Shown here piece by piece: positions 16,960 to 30,866 of a DNA stretch of 44,588 bases. The translations under genes were made by a program, and so were the position numbers. The DNA lies in the NCBI GenBank assembly GCA_036336835.1, contig JAYZFK010000018.1, positions 1 through 44,588 of the forward strand, in the 5' to 3' direction. Position 1 is the stretch's first letter, and every line of letters begins with the position of its first letter. This stretch comes from Myxococcota bacterium (GTDB lineage Bacteria > Myxococcota_A > UBA9160 > UBA4427). A model generated the notes under the pieces. That model saw only the letters and a list, made by a program, of their open reading frames with translations. It did no database searches and was not told the origin of the DNA.

Positions 16960-17487
16960 CTGGGACGTCGCGGCCCCAGATCGATAGATCGCCGCAAGCT
17001 CGCCGTCTCGATCGCAAGCGTTGGCGGAATCGGCTTCTGCCCGGTCGCGCCCGGGACGGTGGGGTCCGCGGCGGGCGTGCTGCTGTTCCTGGCGACCCAC
17101 GGGCTGGGCCTGGTCGTGCACCTCGCGCTGGGCGTCGGGATGACGGCCCTGGGAATCTGGGCCTCCGGTGCGAGCGAGGTGGTGTTCGGCCGCAGTGACG
17201 ACGGCCGGATCGTGATCGACGAGGTCGCCGGTCAGTGGATTGCGCTGACGCCGTTGCTCGCGCTCTCCTGGAGCGGTGCCCCGTTTCTACTTGCGGTCGT
17301 GACCTCATTCGTCGCGTTCCGCGTGTTCGATATCTGGAAGCCGGGGCCGGTGCGCTGGGCCGAGCGGCGCTTCAGCGCAGGAGTAGGGGTCATGGCCGAC
17401 GATTGCATCGCGGGTGTGCTGGCTGCGCTGGTGGTCGGCATTGCGCTGGTGTCGGCGATCTGGCTGGGTGTGGGGGGAGTCGCGTGA
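16960..17487 (+). CDS. pgpA: Phosphatidylglycerophosphatase A (start codon uncertain)
   Basis: GIGFCPVAPGTVGS, DDGRIVIDEVAGQW, FRVFDIWKP, GVMADD; stop overlaps cinA GTG. Confidence 0.88.
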   Translation: MGRRGPRSIDRRKLAVSIASVGGIGFCPVAPGTVGSAAGVLLFLATHGLGLVVHLALGVGMTALGIWASGASEVVFGRSDDGRIVIDEVAGQWIALTPLLALSWSGAPFLLAVVTSFVAFRVFDIWKPGPVRWAERRFSAGVGVMADDCIAGVLAALVVGIALVSAIWLGVGGVA

Positions 17488-18794
17488 AGGCCGAGGTGCT
17501 GACGATCGGCGACGAGCTGCTGCGGGGGGAGATCGTCGATTCCAACAAGTCGCACCTCTCGGATCGGCTGCTCGGACTCGACATCGAGACCCATTTCCAC
17601 AGCTCCGTGCGCGACGACCCGGCCGACATGCGCGATGCCCTGGAGCGCGCGTTCGGCCGTTCGGACATCGTGCTCGTCTCGGGCGGTCTCGGGCCGACGC
17701 GCGATGACCTGACGACCGAGGTCCTGGCCGAGACCCTCGGGCGCAAGCTGCTGCTCGACCCGGCCTCGCTCGAGACGATCCGCGCCTTCTTCGCGAGTGT
17801 CGGCCGCGAGATGGCGGCCAACAACGAGAAGCAGGCCTGGTTCCCCGAAGGCGCCGAGGTGCTCGCGAACCCAATCGGGACGGCGCCGGGCTTCCTGGTG
17901 GAAGAGCAGGGCACGCTCGTCTTCTGCATGCCGGGGGTGCCGCGCGAGCTCTACCGCATGATGGACGAGCAGGTGCTGCCGCGCATCACGGCGCGCATGG
18001 GGGGGGAGCGGCTCGTCGTGCGGGCGAAGCTGCTGCGCACGTTCGGGATCGGGGAGTCGTCGCTCGATGCCGAGCTGTCCGACATCGCAAGCGACGGCGA
18101 CGTCACGCTCGGGTTTCGCACGGCCTTCCCCGACAACTACCTGCGGCCGCTGGCGCGCGCGGCCACGGCCGAGGAGGCCGACGCCAAGCTCGACCGGGTG
18201 TGTGCGCAGATCCGCGAGCGGCTCGGTCCGATCGTCTATGGCGAGGGCGCCGACACGCTCGAGATCGTCGTGGGGCGCGAGCTGCGCGAGCGCGGCAAGA
18301 TGCTCGCGGTCGCCGAGAGCTGCACCGGCGGGCTGATCGCCGAGCGGCTCACCGATGTGGCCGGCAGCTCCGCCTACTTCCTGGGGGGTGTCGTGGCCTA
18401 CTCGAACGAGGCCAAGCAGGCGCTACTCGGTATCGACAGCGCACTGCTCGGCGAGCACGGCGCGGTCTCCGAGCCGGTGGCGCGGGCGATGGCGGAGGCG
18501 GCTCGTGCGCGCTTCGGTGCCGATCTCGCCATCGCGACGACCGGTATCTCGGGGCCGGACGGCGGCACGGAGGAGAAACCGGTTGGTCTCGTCTACATCG
18601 CCCTGGCGAGCGGCTCCGGCACACACTGCGATCGCCGGGTGTTCCCACTCGACCGCGCCCGGCATCGTCAGCTGACGGCGCACACCGCGCTCGACTGGGT
18701 GCGGCGCTCGCTGCTGAACGTCGACTGGTCCGGGCCGTCGCTGGTGCGCGAGCCGAGCGCGTCGGGTGGACCCGGTGGATCGGGTGGCCAGTGA
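17484..18794 (+). CDS. cinA: CinA (molybdopterin-binding-like domain + PncC NMN deamidase)
   Basis: IGDELLRGEIVDSN, GGLGPTRDDLT, PGVPRE, AVAESCTGG, TTGISGPDGG. Confidence 0.95.
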   Translation: MKAEVLTIGDELLRGEIVDSNKSHLSDRLLGLDIETHFHSSVRDDPADMRDALERAFGRSDIVLVSGGLGPTRDDLTTEVLAETLGRKLLLDPASLETIRAFFASVGREMAANNEKQAWFPEGAEVLANPIGTAPGFLVEEQGTLVFCMPGVPRELYRMMDEQVLPRITARMGGERLVVRAKLLRTFGIGESSLDAELSDIASDGDVTLGFRTAFPDNYLRPLARAATAEEADAKLDRVCAQIRERLGPIVYGEGADTLEIVVGRELRERGKMLAVAESCTGGLIAERLTDVAGSSAYFLGGVVAYSNEAKQALLGIDSALLGEHGAVSEPVARAMAEAARARFGADLAIATTGISGPDGGTEEKPVGLVYIALASGSGTHCDRRVFPLDRARHRQLTAHTALDWVRRSLLNVDWSGPSLVREPSASGGPGGSGGQ

Positions 18795-19374
18795 TGAAAC
18801 GGTGCGCGTGTTCTTCGCAGTCGAGCTCGCGGCCGCGCTCCGGGAGGAGGCAGGCTGGGCCGCCGATGCGTTGCGCGAACGCGTCGGATCCGCCGTGGGT
18901 CTGGAGGTGCGCTGGACCCGCCCGGAGGCCTGGCACGTGACGTTGCGCTTCCTGGGCGACATCGCGACCAGCCGGCTGGGCGAGCTGCTCGCCGCTGCGG
19001 GCGAAGCCCTCGTCGCGCTCGCACCGTTCGAGCTGCGCCTCGGTGCAGGAATCGCCTTTCCGCCGCGGCGTGCCCGGGTTCTGGCGCTCGACCTCGTTCC
19101 GCACGCGCCGCTCGCCGCGGCAGCGGCCGCGCTCGAGCGTGTGGTCGTCGGCTGTGGCTTCGAGGCCGAGAAGCGCGCGTTCGAGCCGCACCTCACGCTC
19201 GGCCGCGTCAAGCGCGGCAGCCTGCGAGCCCGCGAGATCCCGGGGGTCGCGGCCGCTGGCGCGGCCGTGCAGAGCGTGCGCGACGTCGTGCTGCTGCGCA
19301 GCGAGCTCCATCGGGCGGGAGCCCGCTATACGCCGCTCGGACGCATCGCGTTCGGCGGAAGTGATCACCCCTGA
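18784..19374 (+). CDS. thpR: RNA 2',3'-cyclic phosphodiesterase (2H family)
   Basis: RVFFAV start motif; two HxT motifs ([16 protein letters not shown]); between cinA and recA. Confidence 0.9.
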   Translation: MASDETVRVFFAVELAAALREEAGWAADALRERVGSAVGLEVRWTRPEAWHVTLRFLGDIATSRLGELLAAAGEALVALAPFELRLGAGIAFPPRRARVLALDLVPHAPLAAAAAALERVVVGCGFEAEKRAFEPHLTLGRVKRGSLRAREIPGVAAAGAAVQSVRDVVLLRSELHRAGARYTPLGRIAFGGSDHP

Positions 19375-19412
19375 CACCAGACCAAGGACTGGAAGAAAGG
19401 AACGGAGCAAAG

Positions 19413-20525
<1,113 letters not shown>

Positions 20526-20568
20526 TGCTGGCCGGGCGGTGCGGTGCTCCGCGCCGCACCGCTCGGGC

Positions 20569-22515
20569 TCACGGCGTGTTTCGGGCCTCGAGGAGCGGGG
20601 TCAGCTGGTCGAGCAGCCAGCGGGCGACCTGGTCGGCTCCGGCGTCCTTGAAGTGGACGCCGTCGGGTCGCAACAGGTTTCCCTCGAGCTCGCGCAGGCA
20701 GGGGCCGTTCGGGCAGGCGAGATCGCGGAGATCGAGCAGCGGGGTGCCCGTCGCGGCGGCCGCCTGCTCGCGCGCCGCGTTCAAGCAGGCGGCCCGTTCC
20801 TCGAAGAAGGCGTCCACCTCGGCGTCCGTCTCGTCGGGAAACTGGCGACGGAATGGAGCGCGCAGGTCTGCCGCGGAAGCCGGCAGCGAGCGCAGCAGGA
20901 CGGCGCGGGTCGTCCGGTTGGAGAAGCGCCTTGCGGTGTCGGAGAGTGCGGCGGCGTAGGCTTCGCGGTACTGCGGCTCGCACGGTGTTCGCCACTGGCC
21001 GTCGACCCGCTGGGCGGCGGCACCGCTGAGGTTCTCGAAGATCAGCACGATGCCCGGGCGCCTTGTGGCGACCGTCTCGTACCAGCGCTCGGCCAGCGCC
21101 GGACAATGGGCGCTATCGAACACGCTGCCATCCGCGAAGCGCCTCTGCTGGCTCGGCAAGATGCCGCAGCCGAGCGCCCCGAGGACCTCGACCCGCAGCG
21201 CGCGCTCGCTGGATCGTTGCAGCAGTGCGTCGCGCAGGTGGAGGGCGGTCGAGTCGCCGATCACCAGCAGGTCGATCGCGCCGTCTGTGAAGGACGCGCG
21301 GGGTCCTGCCGGATCGAGCACCGTCGGCCGAGGCGTCGCGGCGAAGATCGCTGCCAGAAGCCCGACTCCCGCGAGCGCTCCCACGCGGACCAGGCGCTGC
21401 CTGGGCCACTCGCGTCGCCGAATCGGCCCCTCGATCCAGGTGTACGAGACCCCGGCGACAGCGATCGCAACGCCGGTTCGCAGGGCGGTCAGGTCCCAGC
21501 CTGCGAGCCCGGTGCGTCCTTCGTCGAGCACGATGTACACCGGCCAGTGCCAGAGGTAGATCCCGTAGCTCCACAGTCCCAGTCGGCGCAGGGGCGCGAG
21601 CCCGAGCACGCGAGCTGGCACGCCCTGTGGCGACACGACACAGGCGCCGGTGATCGAGATGGCGAGCAGCCCGAGTGCGAACAGGCCGCCTCGATAGATA
21701 CGCGGATCCTGGCCATCCGCGCCGACCCAGGCGGCCCCGAGGAGCAGCATGGCGAGCAGCCCGACGACATCCGCAGCGCGCCGGACCGCAAGCGTCGGCA
21801 GCACTGCGGGAGAGCGCTGGACCCGCTGGCCGAGGCCGACCGCTAGTGCGGCACCCATCGCGAGCGCCTGAATGCGCGTGTCGGTCCCGTAGTAGACCCG
21901 CGCAGTGCCCCAGGTGGGGTCGAACAGGGCCGCCATCCAGAGTGCCGACGCCAGGGACAGCAGCCCGGCCAGCACGCCGAGCGCCGCGACGGACAGCCTT
22001 GCGCGGATCAGGACGAGCACCACGAACGGCGGCCACAGGATGTAGAACTGCTCCTCGATCGCGAGCGACCACGTGTGATCGAGTGGCGAGGGGGCGGTGA
22101 AGAGCTCCCAGTAGTCGCGACCCGTCAGGATCTCGTTCCAGTTGGCCGCGTAGAAGAGCGTCGCGAGTGCATCGGCGCGAATGCCGGCGTACTGCTCGGG
22201 CTCGGCCAGTAGCGCTGTGTACGCACACACTCCGAACAGGACCATGATCAGCGCGGGGAGCAGACGTCGTGCGCGTTGTCCCCAGAAGGCGACGAGCGCG
22301 ATGCGGCCCTGGTCGGCAAACTCGGCGAGCAGCAGCGAGGTGATCAGGAAGCCCGAGAGCGTGAAGAACAGATCGATTGCGAGCCAGCCACCCGCCAGGT
22401 GGCCCGCGTGGAAGAGCAGGATGCCGGCCGCGGCCAAGCCGCGAATGCCGTCGAGCGCTGGGAGGTAGGGGAGTCGGCCGGGTTGGCGGGCGCGAGCGGG
22501 CTCTGCGGGCGTCAC
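20569..22515 (-). CDS. O-acyltransferase with AT3 membrane domain fused to SGNH domain (OafA/OatA-like)
   Basis: [54 protein letters not shown] and DGVH motifs. Confidence 0.92.
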   Translation of the reverse strand: MTPAEPARARQPGRLPYLPALDGIRGLAAAGILLFHAGHLAGGWLAIDLFFTLSGFLITSLLLAEFADQGRIALVAFWGQRARRLLPALIMVLFGVCAYTALLAEPEQYAGIRADALATLFYAANWNEILTGRDYWELFTAPSPLDHTWSLAIEEQFYILWPPFVVLVLIRARLSVAALGVLAGLLSLASALWMAALFDPTWGTARVYYGTDTRIQALAMGAALAVGLGQRVQRSPAVLPTLAVRRAADVVGLLAMLLLGAAWVGADGQDPRIYRGGLFALGLLAISITGACVVSPQGVPARVLGLAPLRRLGLWSYGIYLWHWPVYIVLDEGRTGLAGWDLTALRTGVAIAVAGVSYTWIEGPIRRREWPRQRLVRVGALAGVGLLAAIFAATPRPTVLDPAGPRASFTDGAIDLLVIGDSTALHLRDALLQRSSERALRVEVLGALGCGILPSQQRRFADGSVFDSAHCPALAERWYETVATRRPGIVLIFENLSGAAAQRVDGQWRTPCEPQYREAYAAALSDTARRFSNRTTRAVLLRSLPASAADLRAPFRRQFPDETDAEVDAFFEERAACLNAAREQAAAATGTPLLDLRDLACPNGPCLRELEGNLLRPDGVHFKDAGADQVARWLLDQLTPLLEARNTP

Positions 22516-22704
22516 CGCTCGCAGTCTACCGCGGCATCTGGCCACGGGCGGGGTGTCCGCCCGCCGCCACGCTGCCAACCAGGTGATGGCGGCTCGTGCT
22601 GGCAGGAGCGCGCGAGGTGCTCTTGGTGCTGGAGCGCGCGAGGTGGCTTTTGCGCAACCGCGGGTCGAGCACGGCCGCTCGTCGGGCCGACGTTCCCCGG
22701 AGGC

Positions 22705-23109
22705 TCAGGCGTCCCCGAAGAACACCTCGCGCGCGTGGTCGGTGTCCATGTACTCCTTGAACTCGACGATCTTCCCGTCGCGTGCGCGCATCAGGAAGTG
22801 GTACTGGTTGGCGTAGTCCCCGCCGGTCGCGTGCCTGCCGCGGCTGACCGCCTCGATTGCGACCCGCTCGCCTTCGGCGGTCAGCGCCAGGATCTCGAAC
22901 TCGAGCCCATCGGGGAACGCGCTCAGTACCTGCGGGATGCCCGCGAGTGCTTCGGCGCGCTGCTTCGTGCCCGAGAAGGGGAGCGATCCCGCAGTCCACA
23001 GCACGACGTCCTCGGCATACAGCTCGGCGATCGCGTCGGCGTCCGCACGCGACAAGGCATCGATCAGCTGCTGCGCCAGCTGTCTGTTCTGGTCTTCGAG
23101 CGTGCCCAA
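22705..23109 (-). CDS. SnoaL-like / NTF2 family protein
   Basis: ELYAEDVVLW, AEGERVAIE, YANQYHFLMRARDGKIVEFKEYMDT. Confidence 0.85.
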   Translation of the reverse strand: MGTLEDQNRQLAQQLIDALSRADADAIAELYAEDVVLWTAGSLPFSGTKQRAEALAGIPQVLSAFPDGLEFEILALTAEGERVAIEAVSRGRHATGGDYANQYHFLMRARDGKIVEFKEYMDTDHAREVFFGDA

Positions 23110-23164
23110 GGTGTCCTCCCGACGGCGTGAGGGGGTCCGACGATCGCGAGCCGCGGGTGCGAGA

Positions 23165-23611
23165 TCAGTCGCCCAGCAAGGCGCGCACCTTTGGTGTCAG
23201 CTCGATCCGCTGGCTCTCACCGGGGCTCGGGGCGCGCGCAACGGCCTCGCGCAGCTGGTCCACCACGAGATCCATCCCGAGCGGTTCGATCGAGCTCACG
23301 TGCTCGGCCGCGCCCGACTGGCGCAGCATCTCGGGCAGCTCGCTCTCGATCCGGTCGAGCGCATAGGCCAGCGCGTCCACCGACGGGTCGATGCGTCCGG
23401 TCGGCTTGGTACCAGAGGGCACGTGGTAGTGGGGATCCTTGCGAAACAAGTCGAAGCGCAGGATCTCAGCCTCTTCGCCGTCGCGTGCACCGTAGAGCTC
23501 GATGCTGATGCCGCCGTCGTCGCCGACTTCGCGCCTCCGGATGTGAAAGACCAGGGGACCACACCCGACCTCGACGGGCTCTCCGGTTGCGATGTGGATG
23601 AACTCCGGCAC
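23165..23611 (-). CDS. Hypothetical protein with LRFDxF...PHYH motif
   Basis: Host-like codon pattern from VPEFIHIA onward; TATAGT -10-like hexamer just upstream; start uncertain. Confidence 0.7.
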   Translation of the reverse strand: MPEFIHIATGEPVEVGCGPLVFHIRRREVGDDGGISIELYGARDGEEAEILRFDLFRKDPHYHVPSGTKPTGRIDPSVDALAYALDRIESELPEMLRQSGAAEHVSSIEPLGMDLVVDQLREAVARAPSPGESQRIELTPKVRALLGD

Positions 23612-23814
23612 GACTCCGACCACTATAGGGCGCGCGATCCGGTCGGAGGTGCGCTGGGGCCAGGGCCCCGGCAGAAATCTTCGCCCCGCGGGGAACGGTC
23701 GGGTCGGAAGGCGTTCAAGACAGGCTCCCGACCCGTCGAAACAGCGGGAGCGGCAGCCCACCGATCGCTGTGTCCGCGGCGGTGTGGCGGCCGTTCCGGG
23801 GGGCCGGCGGAGCC

Positions 23815-25065
23815 ATGGCGATCGAGCTGAACCAGATCCTGAAGGTCGCGATCAAGGGCGGTGCGTCCGACATTCACTTGAAGTCCGGGCTGCCCCCGAT
23901 GTTCCGCGTGGACGGTGCACTGGTGCCGCTCAAGAGCGGCGAGCGGCTGACGCCGGAGGACATCGCGCAGACGGCGTTCGCGATCATGAATCCGCTGCAG
24001 AAGCAGCGCTTCGACGACGACCGCGAGGTCGACCTGGCGCACGGGATCCCCGGGCTGGGCCGCTTCCGCGTGAACGTGTTCCAGCAGCGCGGAACCATCG
24101 GCATCGTGTTCCGCGTGATCCCGTTCGGTGTCAAGACGATCGAGCAGCTCCACCTGCCGAAGGTGGTCGAGAAGATCGCCGAGGAGCACCGAGGGCTGAT
24201 CCTGGTGACCGGCACGACGGGCTCTGGCAAGTCGACGTCGCTGGCCGCGATGCTCGAGCACATCAACTCGGAGCGCACGGCGCACATCATGACCGTCGAG
24301 GATCCGATCGAGTTCCTGATCCGCGACAAGCGTTCGATCGTGAACCAGCGCGAGATCGGCGTCGATACGAACAGCTTCTCGAACGCGCTGCGCGCCGCGC
24401 TGCGCCAGGACCCCGATGTGATCCTGGTCGGCGAGATGCGGGACTTCGAGACGATCGAGACAGCACTCACCGCGGCCGAGACCGGCCACCTCGTGATGAG
24501 CACGCTGCACACGCTCGACGCCACCGAGACGATCAACCGCATCGTCTCCGTGTTCCCGCCGTATCAGCAGAAGCAGGTGCGTCTGCAGCTTGCCGCGGTC
24601 CTCAAGGCGGTGATCTCCCAGCGCCTGGTGCCCCGCTCGGACGGCAAGGGCCGCGTGCCGGCGCTCGAGGTGATGGTGTCGACGGCGCGCGTGCGCGAGT
24701 GCATCGGCGACAAGGACCGCACCAAGGAGATCCAGGACGCGATCGCCAAGGGCTTCACCACCTACGGGATGCAGACGTTCGACCAGTCGCTGATGTCACA
24801 TGTGAAGTCCGGTCTGATCACCTACGAGGAGGCGCTCAGGCACGTCTCCAACCCGGACGACTTTGCGCTCCGCTTCCGCGGCATTGCCTCGACCTCCGAC
24901 TCGCGATGGGACGACTTCGGCGACGAGAAGGAAGGCGAGTTGCTGGCCGGCAGCGACCAGTTCGGCAGCGACCAGTTCGGCAACGATCCGTTGGACGACC
25001 TGCTGGCCGAGGACACCGCCGACGACTCGGGCAGTGACGACGACTTCAGCATCGAGCGCTTTTGA
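23815..25065 (+). CDS. pilT: PilT/PilU-family type IV pilus retraction ATPase (416 aa)
   Basis: GASDIHL, GLILVTGTTGSGKST, TVEDPIE, LRQDPDVILVGEMRD, AETGHLVMSTLHT, GMQTFDQSL. Confidence 0.9.
   Translation: MAIELNQILKVAIKGGASDIHLKSGLPPMFRVDGALVPLKSGERLTPEDIAQTAFAIMNPLQKQRFDDDREVDLAHGIPGLGRFRVNVFQQRGTIGIVFRVIPFGVKTIEQLHLPKVVEKIAEEHRGLILVTGTTGSGKSTSLAAMLEHINSERTAHIMTVEDPIEFLIRDKRSIVNQREIGVDTNSFSNALRAALRQDPDVILVGEMRDFETIETALTAAETGHLVMSTLHTLDATETINRIVSVFPPYQQKQVRLQLAAVLKAVISQRLVPRSDGKGRVPALEVMVSTARVRECIGDKDRTKEIQDAIAKGFTTYGMQTFDQSLMSHVKSGLITYEEALRHVSNPDDFALRFRGIASTSDSRWDDFGDEKEGELLAGSDQFGSDQFGNDPLDDLLAEDTADDSGSDDDFSIERF
24949..24993 (+). repeat. In-frame 15-bp tandem repeat (GSDQF x2 + degenerate GNDPL)
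   Basis: GGCAGCGACCAGTTC twice (24949-24978) followed by GGCAACGATCCGTTG. Confidence 0.85.
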
Positions 25066-25069
25066 CGGA

Positions 25070-25879
25070 TCAGAGACCGGCGATCAGCGCGTGGACCTCG
25101 TCCGCGACCGCCTCGCCGTTTGCACGGAACATGCTGACGATTGGCTCGGGCGCCCACTGTGTGACCGCCGGCTCGAAGTTGGCCCGCCGTTGCACGCGCT
25201 CGTACCAGGCGGCGGTGTGCTTGCGCGCGTCGATCAGTGACGCCAGGCCGAGGTGGTCCAGCCGGACGACGTAGGGGGTGACTGCCGCATCGGCCAGGGA
25301 CCAGTCCTTGCCGGCAAGCCACTCTCGGCCGTCGAGCGAAGTGTCGAGGTCGTCGAGCAGACCCAGGAAGGCGCCGAACGCATCGGCCATCTCCGGTGCC
25401 TTCACGCCGTGCTCGATCACGCTCGCGCGCTTCGCGCGGTAGGTCGGGTCCGGGATCGCTGCGATCGTGGCGTCGATCTGCTCCTGGGGCTGTTGCACGA
25501 TCATCGGGCGTGTCCCGATGCCGAAGGTAATGACGCCCGCCTGCGGGTGGACCTTCTCGTCGATGCGCTTGACCCAGAGGCGTGCGGCGTGGCGAGCGCC
25601 GGGATCCGCGGGCAGGCAGGCGGGGCCCTCGAACGTCTCTTCGACGAACTCGTTGATCAACGACGACTCGATGTAGGCTCGGCCCTCGTGGACGAGGGTC
25701 GGTACCACGTGGTTCGGGTTCAGCTTCACGTAGTCCGGGTCGTGCTGCTGGCCGGCCATCAGGTCGACCGGGTGTGACTCGAACTCGACTCGCTTCTCGG
25801 CGAGCACGAGTCGAACCTTCTGGGAGCAGGTCGACAGGAAGTGGTGATACAGCGCGCTCAAGCTCGTCCCCTCCGGCAC
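25070..25879 (-). CDS. Glutathione S-transferase family protein
   Basis: STCSQKVRLVLAEK, LNPNHVVPTL, ESSLINEF, WLAGKDWSLAD. Confidence 0.9.
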   Translation of the reverse strand: MPEGTSLSALYHHFLSTCSQKVRLVLAEKRVEFESHPVDLMAGQQHDPDYVKLNPNHVVPTLVHEGRAYIESSLINEFVEETFEGPACLPADPGARHAARLWVKRIDEKVHPQAGVITFGIGTRPMIVQQPQEQIDATIAAIPDPTYRAKRASVIEHGVKAPEMADAFGAFLGLLDDLDTSLDGREWLAGKDWSLADAAVTPYVVRLDHLGLASLIDARKHTAAWYERVQRRANFEPAVTQWAPEPIVSMFRANGEAVADEVHALIAGL

Positions 25880-26037
25880 CGGCCTCGGCGCGCGAGGCAG
25901 TCTACGCTCGCCCGGGGAGCGCCGGGCGAGCCCGCGCGGGGGAGCCGTGTCCGCTATCCTCCTGCCGCTCGAGCGTTGGTGCTTTCAAGAGCGAATTCGC
26001 ATAGATAGCTGGCACGAGCCAGGACCAGGAGGCAGCC

Positions 26038-28677
<2,640 letters not shown>

Positions 28678-28704
28678 GGCTCTCGCCGGGCAGGAGGCGC
28701 CACG

Positions 28705-30732
28705 TTGTCCCGCGGCCTCGAATACGTCGTGGATCCCTATGCGCCGGTGCGTCGCCGCACGCGGGAGGTTCGCGTGGGTGACGTCGGGATCGGCGGCGAC
28801 AACCCGATCCGCGTCCAATCGATGACGACCACGGACACGCGTGACACCGAGGCGACCGTGGCGCAGACGTTGCAGCTGGCCGAGGCCGGCTGTGAGATCG
28901 TCCGGGTCACGGCGCCGAGCATCACCGAGGCCGAGAACCTGGCGAACATCCGCATCGGCCTGCGCGAGCGCGGCTGCAATGTGCCGCTGGTCGCCGACAT
29001 CCACTTCACACCCAACGCGGCGCTGGTGGCGGCCGAGCACGTCGAGAAGGTGCGCGTCAACCCGGGCAACTACGCCGACAAGAAGCGCTTCGAGGTGCGC
29101 GAGTACAGCGACGCAGAGTACGCTGACGAGCTGGCGCGCGTGGCCGAGCGATTCCTCCCGCTGGTGCGCAAGTGCCGGGAGCGCGGCGTCGCGATGCGGA
29201 TCGGCACCAACCACGGGTCGCTCTCCGATCGCATCATGAACCGCTACGGCGATACGCCGCGCGGCATGGTCGAGAGCGCGCTCGAGTTTCTCGACGTGTG
29301 CGAGGCCGAGGACTACCTCGACGTCGTATTCAGCATGAAGGCGAGCAATGCGCAGGTCGCGATCCAGGCCTACCGGCTGCTGGCCGCGCGTCTGCGTCAA
29401 CGCTCGGGCGACGCGCCCAGCTATCCGTTCCACGTCGGTGTCACCGAGGCCGGTGACGGTGACGACGGCCGAATCAAGAGCGCGATCGGGATCGGTGCCC
29501 TGCTCGAGGACGGGATCGGCGACACGGTGCGCGTCTCGCTGACGGAGCATCCGGTCAAGGAGGTACCGGTTGCCCAGGCGCTGGCGCGCGATGCGCTCGC
29601 GCGCTGGGGAGCCTCGCCGTCGCCCTCGCTCGGGTTGCCCGAGCCGTTCTCGCCCGATCCCTATGCACACGCGCGCCGCGCGACCAAGGAAGTGGGCGAA
29701 GGCACTGCAAGGCTCGGAGGGGAGGCGCCCGTACGGGTCGAGCTCGAGCTCGCCGGCGCACTCGGTGATCCGTCCGCGACGGCTGCCCAGCTGGCCACCG
29801 CGTTCGCGACCCTGGGCGAGCGCAGCTGTGAGAGCTTGATCGCGTGCGCGGCGACCTCGGCGGAGCTGGCCGCACTCCCGGAGCTCGTTGCGGCTCTGGC
29901 AGAGCTGGGCGCCCTGCTGCCCGTTGCGCTGCGGATCGCGGACCCCGAGCTGCTGTCGGGACCGCTCGGGGCGGCGGCGCGGATCGTGTTCGAGGTGCGC
30001 GAGCCAGGCGCCTGCTTCCCGGCGGCTGCGGCGGCGGCGACGCACGGCCTGCCGCTCGAGTGGAGTCTCGCCGCCGGTTTGCAGCAGCTGCCCGCACTCG
30101 TCGACGCCGCGCTTGCGGCGGGGCGCGACGCGGGTCTTGCCGATCAGCGGTTCTCCGCGACGACCGAGCATCCGCTGCACGGCGCGCGGGCGATCGTCGC
30201 GCGTCTTGCCGAGCGCGGTGCGGCCCAGCTTCCCGTGGTGCTCCGCCACCAACGCGACCCGGCACAGCGGGACGATCTCGCTTTGATCCGCGCCGCGATC
30301 GAGCTCGGTGCGCCCCTGTGCGACGGGATTGGCGATGCGATCGTGCTGGCCGGCGAGGCCGATCCCGCGCGCGCCGTCGACCTGGCCTACCGGATCCTGC
30401 AGGGCGCGCGCCTGCGGACGACCCGCACCGAGTACATCTCGTGTCCGTCGTGCGGCCGGACGCTGTTCGATCTCGAGGAGACCACGGCCCGCGTCAAGGC
30501 GAAGACCGAACACCTGAAGGGCGTCAAGATCGCCATCATGGGCTGCGTCGTGAACGGCCCGGGCGAGATGGCCGACGCCGACTTCGGCTACGTCGGCTGC
30601 GGACCGGGACGCGTCAACCTCTACGTGGGTTCCGATGTCGTGGTGCGCAACGTGCCCCAGGACGAAGCGCCCGATCGCCTGCTCCAGGTGATCGACGAGC
30701 GCTGGGACGGTGACGGCGCGTCGAGCAGCTGA
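28705..30732 (+). CDS. ispG: HMBPP synthase IspG/GcpE, long three-domain form (675 aa)
   Basis: IRVQSMTTT, PLVADIHF, RIGTNHGSLS, ISCPSCGR, MGCVVNGPGE; large central insert. Confidence 0.96.
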   Translation: MSRGLEYVVDPYAPVRRRTREVRVGDVGIGGDNPIRVQSMTTTDTRDTEATVAQTLQLAEAGCEIVRVTAPSITEAENLANIRIGLRERGCNVPLVADIHFTPNAALVAAEHVEKVRVNPGNYADKKRFEVREYSDAEYADELARVAERFLPLVRKCRERGVAMRIGTNHGSLSDRIMNRYGDTPRGMVESALEFLDVCEAEDYLDVVFSMKASNAQVAIQAYRLLAARLRQRSGDAPSYPFHVGVTEAGDGDDGRIKSAIGIGALLEDGIGDTVRVSLTEHPVKEVPVAQALARDALARWGASPSPSLGLPEPFSPDPYAHARRATKEVGEGTARLGGEAPVRVELELAGALGDPSATAAQLATAFATLGERSCESLIACAATSAELAALPELVAALAELGALLPVALRIADPELLSGPLGAAARIVFEVREPGACFPAAAAAATHGLPLEWSLAAGLQQLPALVDAALAAGRDAGLADQRFSATTEHPLHGARAIVARLAERGAAQLPVVLRHQRDPAQRDDLALIRAAIELGAPLCDGIGDAIVLAGEADPARAVDLAYRILQGARLRTTRTEYISCPSCGRTLFDLEETTARVKAKTEHLKGVKIAIMGCVVNGPGEMADADFGYVGCGPGRVNLYVGSDVVVRNVPQDEAPDRLLQVIDERWDGDGASSS

Positions 30733-30866
30733 TCGCCCAGCGTGGATCCCTCCACGTAGTGCTACGCGAGACCCGTGCGCTGTGCGACAACGGCGAACGG
30801 CAGCCTTCTGGTTCAAGTCTGATCGTCGGCCTGATAGGCTGACGCCTTCCGAGGGGAGGACAGGCC

